Origin: Cenococcum geophilum
Taxonomy: Eukaryota
Direction of reading: 5' to 3'
Assembly: GCA_050273025.1 (NCBI GenBank)
Contig: CP158636.1
Span: 744,001 to 808,000 of the forward strand
Length of the DNA: 64,000 nt
How positions within the stretch are numbered: the first letter of the stretch is position 1; every line of letters begins with the position of its first letter. Below are positions 1-10,312 of the stretch, in pieces. The translations under genes were made by a program, and so were the position numbers. The notes beneath the pieces are model-generated. The model ran no database searches. It was not told where the DNA came from and saw only the letters and a program-made list of their open reading frames with translations.

Positions 1-50
1 TTAAAAACCTAGCTGCTCTATAGTTAACTATATATTTAACCACTAATTAG

Positions 51-216
51 TGTTGGTTATATAGGGTAACTTACTAATAATAACTACTCGAGTAGGTTAC
101 AGTAATGTTGGTTAATAAAGCTTATTAATTAGAATGAGGAAGGGCAAAAAGCCTAAGACTCCTCGCCACGCTAGTGCCGCGGCGTCATATAATAATCGCT
201 TACCTTATTCCCGACA
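51..216 (-). repeat. Short LTR-like repeat (family E); 1-216 is an inverted copy of 45857-46071
   Basis: The minus strand reads TGTCGGGAATAAGG...ATAACCAACA (TG..CA) and aligns with 45857-46021. The next 50 bp are also shared. Confidence 0.7.
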
Positions 217-682
217 GAATCTATTATATTAAATATATAATATAACTATTATAGTTAAGCTATAGTTCATAAAAAGTAATAAAAAGTAATTTTTAAAATA
301 TTTTTAGTTACTATCAAACTAACGCCCATAAGCCCTTAGAAGCTTTGTTATTGGATTTAGGGGTATAAGGAGCAGTATATACGTATTCCTACCCCATAAC
401 CAAATTATCAAATTCTACTACAAAGCGTCCAATTTATAAGATAACTATTACATATTGGGGGGGCTGATTTAGCGCGGTTACAACCCAGATTAATACGAGG
501 TTAGGGCTACCCCTACTAATAACGCGCCCAAACCCCGCACAAGGTCGTGCAGCAACCGCCCCTAAGTACTTTCGCACGCGATTTTAGGCGAAAAGGTATA
601 TAATTTATATTAGATCGGTACTTCTAGACGGTCGCGTAATATTACTCTAAATTTATAACACCTAAACGGGCTCTATTCCTAC

Positions 683-950
683 ATTAAGGCGTCTTAGTTA
701 CTATAGTATAGTCTTATATTAAGACGTCTTAGTTACTATAGTATAGTCCTATATTAAGGCGTCTTGGTTAATATAGTGTAGTTATATATTAAGGCGTTTT
801 AGTTACTATAGTACAGTTCTATATTAAGGCGTCTTGGTCATTACAGTGTAGTTATATATTAGGGCGTCTTAGTTACTGCAGTGCAGTTCTATATTAAGAC
901 GTCTCAGTTACTAATATAGTCCTATATTAAGGCGTCTTAGTTACTATAGT
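683..950 (+). repeat. 35-bp minisatellite (~8 copies) in Crypton copy 1
   Basis: ATTAAGGCGTCTTAGTTACTATAGTATAGTCCTAT-like units start at 683, 718, 753, 788, 823, 858, 893 and 926. Confidence 0.95.
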
Positions 951-967
951 AAAATAGATATTATCTA

Positions 968-3510
968 CTACTTGAAAGGGAGCCTCCTTTACCCTAAATA
1001 TTTTTATAAAGCTAATCTAAAGAATACCAGCCTCGTAGCTGTTTTAGCTAGTTAATAGCCTATTTTTTATCTCTTACTATACCGTCTTCTACGCGCCGTC
1101 TTATATCCTTAATTATCCTATAGTAACGGCTATAGAATATAGCCTTACTGTTAACCCGCTAGTACGCCCCCTAGTAATAATTAAGAGCTTTAATTAATGG
1201 CTTACCTACTAGTCCTAAAGTTTACTTAGCCCAGAGCTAGAATACCGAATTGCCGCCCTAAAGTATCTTATATTTTCTTAGCAGCGCCTATAGGTTAAGG
1301 ATAAATAGGAAAGGTAGTTAAGTATTTACTTACGCCTACGCTAGCGGGGGTAGTATAGATATAGTAGATAGCTAAGTAAGGGGTGTAGATATTAGCTAAG
1401 TAGGGGGTATAAATATAGTAGATAGCTAAGTGGGGGGTACAGATATAGTAAACAGCTAAGTAGGCGGTATAGATATTATAAATAGCTAAACGGGTAGCAT
1501 GGATATAGTAGACGTTATAGTAGATAGTATAGGCCCGCCTAAAGGTAGATATATAGACTCTATAGGCCTTATTTAGATACCTATCTTTCCTTACTAGATC
1601 TATATAGGTATAGGTATAAATAATACTAATAACCTTTTTATCTTACTAAGGCGTTCTAAAATTGTATACACGTGTAATTAAATACCTTTAATCTCTAAGA
1701 TTACGGCTTTATATTTTAGCTTAGCTACAGCCTTATAGGCGGGCTAGTATTTCCGTATTATTAGCTTATTTAGTATAACTACGTTAGCTAGCGAGCTTTT
1801 TACCCGCGTAGTAAACCTCTAGTACTCCTTATAGCTAAAAAGGGAGTCCTTTTATAGGGGGTAGAGCGGGAACTACTTATATAGGATTACTAAGTCCTAT
1901 AATAGGATTACCCTAAGCGCGTAAAGGAGGCGTAGAAATCTTAAGCCTATAAGGTTAAGCCATATAACCTTATTATTAGCCCTATCTAGGTAGTAGGTCT
2001 CTATACATTTTAGCTAAATATTAGTCTTAGGCCATATCTTTAAATAAAAGGCCTCCTTTAGCACCTCTTATGCGCGGGGGAGAAAGTAGCCCTTTTCTTT
2101 CTTTAGAAAGCCAGTGATTAACCATATAAACGCACAAGGTAGGCAGCTAAGGTAGGCTCCTATTATCGCGTCTATATTCTAGCATCCGGCCCATTTAATT
2201 TAGGTCTCCTTAACGCCGCTAAGCTTAGTATACTAGATACTCTACTTACGGGCGCTATAGGTCTTCTCTTTTAAGTAAATCCCTACTCCTTAAAATATCT
2301 TCTTATTCTATTTAAACTGCATATAATAGCTTAACGGCTATTACAGTACTTTAATACTGCTAGGAAAAATATATAAGTTATAGTAGTCCTCTAGCTACTA
2401 AAAGGATAGGAAGCTCTTAGCACTATCCTTACCCTAGTAGTTAAAGAAGTAGAAGGCTATTATAGAGAGAGGGTAGAGGATAGGGTTAGCGTTCCGTATA
2501 TAGCCTATATACTTAACCTTGCCATACTAGTTCTACTTCCCTTATATTATTAATATAATTATATACAGCGCTAGCTTATCTAGCTTAGGCCCTTTATTCT
2601 CTAGTTTAATAAGGATAAGGTTAGTAAACTAAATATCCCATCTACTCTCGCCTTAGGTAATAGTAGTATAGCCTAAGAAACGGGTTAGAAAACAGTAGCT
2701 ATACGGACTAAATAGGGTATATAGTAGTAGTAATATATAAACCTAATAAATGCTTAGCTGTAGTTTAAAGGTAAGACTTAACTAAACCTAGTATCTTAGA
2801 GCCCGTCTCCTAGCACTAAGTAATTACCCTTTTAAGCCCTTTAATATTATAGCCGCTAGTAATTATAAATAGGCCTTAGTTAATAAAGTTAATACGTTAA
2901 ATCCGGTCTTTATTACGGCAGAACTATCTAATATCGCTAAGAGCTTTGCCCCCTATAGCGGCTATAAGGCCTTACCTTTTAATTACTATATATAAAGCTT
3001 AGTAATAGCGGAGATATAGCTATTTATAACTAAGTATTGGACTATTTCGTTAAATAGGGCGTCTAGGGCCTCCTTATCCTATATCTCTTCCTCGTCCTTT
3101 ATAGCTTCCTCTACGGCTATAGCTGCCCCTATAGCTACCTTCCCCCCTAGCTACCCTTCCGCCGTCTTTTACCTCTTCTTTACTTACTTACTATCTTTTT
3201 ATATCTCTTTCTATTTTAACTTCTATTTTTAATAGCTAGCAGCCTATAATTCTTAGTTAATAACTTACTGCTTTAGAAATAGGTAAAGCTTATCTTCCGT
3301 TACCTAGGCGCCGTCTATATTACCTTTTAGTTTCGCGCACTAGTCTTTCTACTCTTTCTGCTTCAGCTTATACGCCCTTATAATATTCTTTAAGCGCTAA
3401 GCCTTATAAATATCCTATAGCCGTACCGTTTAGGCCTTAAATTCGCTCTAGAGGCTATAGGGGGGGAGGCTAAGGGGGCTTCCTTTGACTATAAAGTGGA
3501 CTATAGGGTA
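968..3510 (-). pseudogene. Crypton tyrosine recombinase (Ndc10 domain-II-like) with C-terminal GCR1_C-like domain
   Basis: De-RIPed minus-strand motifs: GHxxxxRGESRR..QFADL, QGKxNQxGKVEY, RNADPILCPL..AFYFF, KTHSAR, AGRWNxDAMxGAY, LLQDSVIL..FPxHPLW. GCR1_C-like part: LWAEWTLGLxGKPSIEALDxxWGAxWR..FYSR. Many stops. Confidence 0.85.
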
Positions 3511-4176
3511 AGAAGATTTTTAAAAGACTCTATATCTATAAAAGGTAAGGGGGAAAACACGTAAGCGCGGTATAGGTAAATAGAGCTACTAAACGCGTAA
3601 ATATTAAAGGAAAAGGGAGAAGAGGGCTCTATATAATAAAATTAGAATTACAGTAGGCCTTTCTATATAAAATTAGAAGCCTTACGCGAGCTAGGAGCTA
3701 GCGCGGGTACGAGAATAGAAGAGGGTTAGAAAATGGGATTATTAAGGCGACAATAAGGTTAAGGGCGCGCGCTAAGAACCTTTATACTAACCTAGTACTA
3801 ACCTAGGCCTTAAAAACGCGTCTAAAAAGTAGGGGCCACCACTAAAGGGGGGGGGTAATATTTAGACGATATATCGCGGACTTTAGGGGGTTATGCGTAA
3901 CCTAAGGTTATACTAAGCCTAACCTAGACCTCCAATACCTATTATATATTAGGGGGGCTAATTTAGCGCGGTTACGACCTGGGTTAATATAAGGTTAGGG
4001 CTACCCCTACTAATAACGCGCCTAAACCCTATATAAGGTCGCGCAGCAACTACCCCTTAGTACTTTCGCACGCGATTTTAGGCGAAAAGGTATATAATTT
4101 ATATTAGATCGGTACTTCTAGACAGTTGCGTAATGTTACTCTAAATTTATAACACCTAAATAGGCTCTATTCCTAC

Positions 4177-4444
4177 ATTAAGGCGTCTTAGTTACTATAG
4201 TATAGTCCTATATTAAGACGTCTTAGTTACTATAGTATAGTCCTATATTAAGGCGTCTTGGTTAATATAGTGCAGTTATATATTAAGGCGTTTTAGTTAC
4301 TATAGTGCAGTTCTATATTAAGGCGTCTCGGTCATTACAGTATAGTTATATATTAGGGCGTCTTAGTTACTACAGTGTAGTTCTATATTAAGACGTCTCG
4401 GTTACTAGTATAGTCCTATATTAAGGCGTCTTAGTTACTATAGT
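4177..4444 (+). repeat. 35-bp minisatellite in Crypton copy 2
   Basis: Same array as 683-950. Confidence 0.95.
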
Positions 4445-4769
4445 AAAATAGGTATTATCTACTACTTAAAAGGGAGCCTCTCTTACCCTAGATATTTTTA
4501 TAAAGCCAATCTAAAGAATACTGGCCTCGTAGCTGTTTCAGCTGGTTAATAGCCTATTTTTTATCTCTTACTATACCGTCTTCTACGCGCCGTCTTATAT
4601 CCTTAATTATCTTATAGTAATGGCTATAGAATATAGCCTTACTATTAACCCGCTAGTACGCCCCCTAGTAGTAATTAAGAGCTTTAATTAATAGCTTACC
4701 TACTAGTCCTAAAGTTTACTTAGCCTAGAGCTAGAATACCAAATTACCACCCTAAAGTATCTTATATTT

Positions 4770-4993
4770 TGTAAGCTTTGCAGTGTGAAGGATTGAATGA
4801 ACGACTTGATTGTAAATGTAGCTCTAAAGTATCTATATATACACGAACAAAGGTGGGTCATAAGTACCCCTTAATCTTATCCTCAATATAGCCGTAATTG
4901 TCATTTTAGGCTAATTAAGGCCGGCTGTAACCATTACGTTTCACAGTAGGTAATACAGCAGTGTCTTTGACGTAGTACTGGTAGTCGGTTACA
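4770..4993 (-). repeat. 3' LTR of Copia A
   Basis: One mismatch versus 10089-10312. PPT GGGGGGGTG is adjacent at 4994-5002 on the minus strand. Confidence 0.97.
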
Positions 4994-5165
4994 CACCCCC
5001 CCAGATTTAACGGTGTGGTTAAAGCTGTAGAAAATAAAAATGAAGGTAGAGACTATACCAAAATAGGAAACTTGGATACGATTTAGGAGTAGCAAAGGGG
5101 TAGGGCAATTATGACCGTATATTGCGAATATTGCGAATATCGCGAAGCGGATATTGCGGATATTG

Positions 5166-8100
5166 CTATTTGCCAGATGGAATAGAAATTTGATGTCGAA
5201 TATCTACCAAATTCAATTGCTTTATCCATGCTTCATGCTTTTGACGGGGTAGGACCTTAGTAAGGCCATCGGCAGGCATCTTGTCTGTCGGGACCCATCG
5301 GACGTTAATCTTTTTGTCTTGGACTTCCTGTCTAAGCCAGTGCTGATGCACGTCGATATGTCGAAGCTTGGTGTCCAGTTTTGGTGTATCTTGTCTTAGC
5401 AGGCGGATAGTCTGCATATTGTCGCATAGCAGGGTAAATTCGCGCTCTATATTGAAGCCAATTGCCTCAAAGAATCGCTGCCACCAGATGATCTCAACAG
5501 CAGCAGTAGACAGGGAGAGAAGCTCCGCTTTGGTAGTCGAGCGAGTCACCGATCGCTGTAGGGTTGCTTTTTAATCGATTAGGCCTCCGAATAGGATAAA
5601 TAGGTATCCTTGAGAGCTCCGTCTAGTCTCCTTATGGTCCGCAAATGCTGCATCGGATGCTCCGTAAAAAGTAACGTCTTCTCCTTCGGGGTTTCTGAAG
5701 TAGACATGGGCTCCAAATACTTCGCCAGAGTATTCAATAGCTGTAGATTTTGTTCCAAGACAGTAGGCAATAGCTTGGTTTGCCGCGTCAAGGTGTCTTT
5801 GATTTGGATTGGTAAGGAATTCGGCCAGCTTAGAATGCGTCTTGGCAATATTAGGTTTTCCAAATACGGCGAGGTGTGCAAGAGACCCTACTCGTTGCTG
5901 GTAGGCTAGAGTCCTTTGAGGGTTCGTCTGCTGGTCGGACGGAATCAGTTCTTCGGCAGGAAGTGGTGACTTAGGAAATCTTTCTGGTGGTTGAATATTA
6001 AATCGATTGGCTATCTTTTCGATATAGGAGTCTTGGCAAAGCCAGAGCTTCCTACTTGCTCGATCTCGACTGATTCGAATACCTAGGAACCACTGTAGGT
6101 CTCCTAGTGCACGGATCTCGTATTGGTGCAGCAATTTTGCTTTAAATTCTTCAAGTCTTGAAAGGTCCTTTTTGGCAAATAGGACGGCTATATCGTCTAC
6201 ATAGAAGAAGACAATAAGTCGTCCATCGGTAAATAGGCAGTTAGTGCCTGGTACTGGTTCTAATCCGAATTTAGCCAGTGTATTGGTAAGTTCTTTGTAC
6301 CAAAGTAGTGGTGAGATTTTTAATCCATATAGCGCCATAAGTAGCTTTAGGACATGTCCGTTTTGATCAAATCCTTCTGGGCAGTAGCAGTAGATTGGTT
6401 TACTGAGCTTGGCGTTTGTAAATGCGTTTACAGCGTCATACTGTCGAATTTCCAGGTCGAATGCGGCTGCTATAGCCATGAGAGCACGGAATATTCGAGC
6501 AGCTAGGGTAGCTGCATAGGTCTCTTCCTCAGTAATCTGCAGGTCTCCGCGGACGCATAGTCGAGCCTTGAGCTTCTGAAGATATCCGTCACTGTCGAAC
6601 TTATATTTGAAGACCCATTTCAGTGGAAGGATCTGCTCATTGCTTGCTTCTTTTTTTGGTACAGATTCGAATGTCCCTCGGCGTTTCAGATCGTTGTATT
6701 CTTTTTCCATGGCCTTTTGGAAGCCAGTAGTCAAAGGGTGCTTTCTTAGCTCTTTTAGGTTCCTTGGTTCAAGAGGAAGATTGTCCCGATGTAGAGATGA
6801 GGGTGAGGATCTAGCTCGGCTGATGTCCTTTACTAGTCCTGTGGCAAAGCCAGCGTAGTAACCAAATAGGGTAGATAGATTGGCTATTGCTGTTGCATGT
6901 GCTTGACGTCGAGCTCGTTTTGATCCTTCTGGTAGGATGAGGTCGGCAGAAGGTTTGGCCGAGACTTCGTTAGCTCGTGGAGCTGTATTCAACGGTTCTG
7001 ATGAACTGCTTTGCTGGGTAGGACTTGCTTTAATTGTATCCAGGATGTCGTCTTGAAGTCCTTGTGGTGAGGTGCTCGATTCTGGCAGATCTGGAGATAC
7101 CGTCCTGCTCGGTGTCGGTAACTGCTCAGTATCCTTTGTAGGAGGCTCTGCCGAATCGTTCGATTCAGGTGTAGTCGTTTGATCTACATTTGAGGTAGGT
7201 CTATATAGGATAGATTCATCCTCAGACTCATCCTCGCGGAGAGGTTCTGGTAGACTGATCGTCTGTAGGGTGTCCTCCAATGCTTCCCTTAGCAGGTAGT
7301 CGATGTTCTGACCCTTGGGGTCATAGAACGAGGTCTCGTCAAATGTAACGTCTCTGGTTCGAATGACTTTGTGGAGACTTGGAATCCAGATTCGGTAGAT
7401 ATTAGTCGAATCGTAGCCGACTAGGTGTCTAATCGACGCACGAGGACCTAGCTTATCTCCCCTTTTGACTCTTTTGTCCAGCGTATAGGTCTTGCAGCCA
7501 TATACGTGCATATGGGTAAGTGATGGCGGCTTGCCGTAGGCAATCTCGTACGGAGTTTTCCACCCTAGCTGCTCATTTGGTGTTCGATTGAGGGCGTATC
7601 TAGCAGCAAGGAACGCCTCTGGTCCTAGAGACGGGGGTAAGGAAGCTTCTAGCTGCATAGCCCTAGACCGTTCCATAAGGGTTCGTCCAGATCGTTCAGC
7701 TCCGCCATTTTGTTCCTCTGTATACGGGGCTCGGCATTCAAAAGTAATGCCTTCGTCTGCGCACCATGTCTGCAGGGTGTCTCCTGTCTGTCCAAAAGCT
7801 CGTTCGTCATCGCTCCAGAAGAAGACGACGTCTTGGTGGAATCGTATTTTGATCAGCTGGTGAGTCTTACAAATGGTAGGTAGGACAGTAGCTTTGTCCT
7901 TGTTCTTTGCGGTAAATACAAAGTTAAATTTGGAATACGTGCAATAGAAGTGCATCACGTATCTATCGCCGTTGTACCCTGGTTCTCCAAGGGTAATAAT
8001 ATCGAATGCTACCCGCTCGAATGGTTGAGTGGCTGGGAATTCGTGTTCTCGTCTTCGAGAGATCTGCTGTGTATGCTTTGATATTGAGCAAACTTCACAT

Positions 8101-9797
8101 TCGATTTTGAGCGGTGCTCGTTCATCGATTAGCTCTTCGAGCTCTGCGCCATTGACGTGCTTAGGAAGCTGCTCAATAGCGTTAGGTCCTGCATGGCCAA
8201 GTATTTTGTGCCATTTTGTAGCTGTGGCTCCGACTGGTTTACGGGCCATTCTGCTTGGTTGATGTCTTCTTGTTGAGAAGGTCGATTGAGTTGTCGAATC
8301 TAGGGTAGGCTCTCTGTGCATCAGTGCCCAGTGGCCCCCTAGTCGTTTCGCATAGCATACTGTTTCGCCAGTTGCTAGACAGTAGAGCAAGTTTCGTCCT
8401 GAGTCGAAATGAATATCGTTATCAGTGGCTCTTGAGAGCGCTACGATATTTGTGAACATAGTAGGTACTAGTGCTACATGGGATAGCTTCATTTTTGAGT
8501 TCCCAGCAGGTGTATCAACAGTAATCGTTACTGTTCCGTAAGCTTGAATCTTTTCAAAATTTCCGCCAGCAATCAGGTAGTCGTCTTCTGCAGCTGGGTA
8601 GGAGAAGGTAAAGTCTTCTTGGTTGTTGCAGACGTGGGTATCTGCACCAGGGTCGAGTATCCAGGTGTTCTGGAGTTCGAATGGAGTTTGACCAGTACTG
8701 AACACGGCAGCATGGCTAGTCGGGGTTTTAGAAGGTAGGGTTTTAGAATCAAAATCAATTGTAGATTCTGTGTTCTTCTGATCGTTTTTCTGTTCTCTTT
8801 TTCGAATGAGGTTAACGATGCGTTTAATCCAAGGTGTAGATAAGATCTTTTCTTCTACTTCCTTCTGGACGTCTGGGTTTGGCTTCCATCCCTGAGGGCG
8901 CTTCTGCTCAGCAATGTAGTAGCAGTCGCCGAATCGATGCTTAAGGCCGCATACGCATATCTTATTCCATTTAGAATTGGAATTACCGTTAGAATTCGCA
9001 TCTGAATTGGTATTCGAGTTGCCTTGTAGGGTTGCAAATGCAGAGCTATTGGCAGTGGTAGCAGAGGATGCTACTTGCTGCATGCGGTAGTGCTCCTTGA
9101 ATTCCTCAATGAGATCAATGATAGATGGTGCGGCTTCGTCCTTGCGTTCCTTGCGAATAAGGTCTACTTCTAGAGCTCCTGCGAAGCTAGAAGAGATGGG
9201 CTTGATTGCTTGAACGAAGTCATAGTGTGGCCTAAATCCCTGCACATCTGGTAGCTTCAATTGCTCCGCAAGCTTGTAGACGTTCCGCCAGCTATTCAAC
9301 CATTTTTTAATATTCTGCTTTTTATTGTAGGCCTTCAGAGCCGTGTATTGATTGAGGACGTCGTGCTTTCAACCTGATGTGGTAGGAGCTAGAGCTTTCT
9401 TAAGTGCTTGTAGCCGATCGTGTACTGTGTTGAGGCCGTCGATGAGTGGAAGGTAGGCTACTGATGTAGTGCGAACGATGTAGTTGCTGATATCGTTTAT
9501 AGCCTGTTTTTTCTTCTGGTGTACGCGTAGATCGTCCTTGTATTCGGCGTAGAGCTGATTGTAGGCAATGAGTTGGTTTGGGTCTAGCTTAGCTATCGAT
9601 GTAGCATTAGGAAGTACGTCCGCTGGTACAGGTCGATGCGGTGGTTCTAGCTTTGGAAGCTCGTCTTTTGTGGATGGGTCGATGTACTGCCATACCTCAT
9701 TAGTTGTGGCTGTGTCTTGGATGATAAAGAACCACTGTGTCCAATCAGAAGGCTGGTTGAGGATGAGGTTGACTTTTGATTCGTTGGTGGTCGTCAT
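5166..9797 (-). pseudogene. Copia A gag-pol polyprotein, one frame (~1540 codons) with two premature stops
   Basis: ORFs 9797-9369, 9299-5571 and 5549-5166 are in the same frame. Motifs: WILDPGA (PR), WHKILGH..CEVC and EQNGGAER (IN), YDAVNAF and YVDD (RT), SDAAFAD, CDN and ADGLTK (RH). Stops at 9369-9371 and 5571-5573. Confidence 0.96.
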
Positions 9798-10077
9798 TTT
9801 TAGGATTTTGACAGGTCAGGCAGGGTCCAATTGGCGTCTTGGCAGAACCTTATTTTGACGTTCCGAACTCTTGAATTGATTCGTTAGTTCGTTCGTCGGT
9901 TGGGTACGTACGTTAACTGGGGTCGATCGTCCGTTCGTTTGATAGATGAAGAAGCTTGAGACACTTGCAAAGGTGATAGAAGTAGTGACTTCTTAAATAA
10001 GGTAGCAAATTGACTGCTTGACAGATGGTGCAACAGGTAGATTGATCCGATTGATTGGTCAGCAGGTAGTGCGATCC

Positions 10078-10088
10078 GGGCTCATAAC
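10078..10088 (-). promoter_or_regulatory. Primer-binding site of Copia A
   Basis: GTTATGAGCCC directly after the 5' LTR, the Ty5-type PBS matching the tRNAiMet anticodon stem-loop. Confidence 0.85.
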
Positions 10089-10312
10089 TGTAAGCTTTGC
10101 AGTGTGAAGGATTGAATGAACGACTTGATTGTAAATGTAGCTCTAAAGTATCTATATATACACGAACAAAGGTGGGTCACAAGTACCCCTTAATCTTATC
10201 CTCAATATAGCCGTAATTGTCATTTTAGGCTAATTAAGGCCGGCTGTAACCATTACGTTTCACAGTAGGTAATACAGCAGTGTCTTTGACGTAGTACTGG
10301 TAGTCGGTTACA
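10089..10312 (-). repeat. 5' LTR of Copia A
   Basis: Direct repeat of 4770-4993. Confidence 0.97.

Larger units (their letters stand above)
445..3941 (-). mobile_element. Crypton (fungal tyrosine-recombinase DNA transposon), copy 1, RIP-decayed
   Basis: 3494-bp unit repeated directly from 3939. No LTR, no clear TIR and no TSD; the ends overlap at CTA. Encodes a decayed YR + GCR1_C-type protein. Confidence 0.85.
4770..10312 (-). mobile_element. Young full-length Ty1/Copia LTR retrotransposon (Copia A)
   Basis: 224-bp LTRs (TG..CA), TSD TATTT (4765-4769 and 10313-10317), empty site visible in Crypton copy 1 near 1270, PBS, G-rich PPT, and domain order gag-PR-IN-RT-RH. Confidence 0.98.

Noticed and set aside
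683..950. CRISPR-like array
   Set aside because: The units are contiguous with no unique spacers, there are no cas genes, and the context is eukaryotic.
968..3510. Host NDC10 or GCR1 gene
   Set aside because: It is duplicated, RIPed, bounded by element-like ends and keeps YR catalytic-type motifs, so Crypton fits better.
9369..9371. Programmed stop readthrough in Copia A
   Set aside because: The stop lies mid-gag, upstream of the knuckle, and is more simply a CGA>TGA mutation.
5368..9858. Small ORFs overlapping Copia A gag-pol
   Set aside because: They are shadow frames with no independent motifs.
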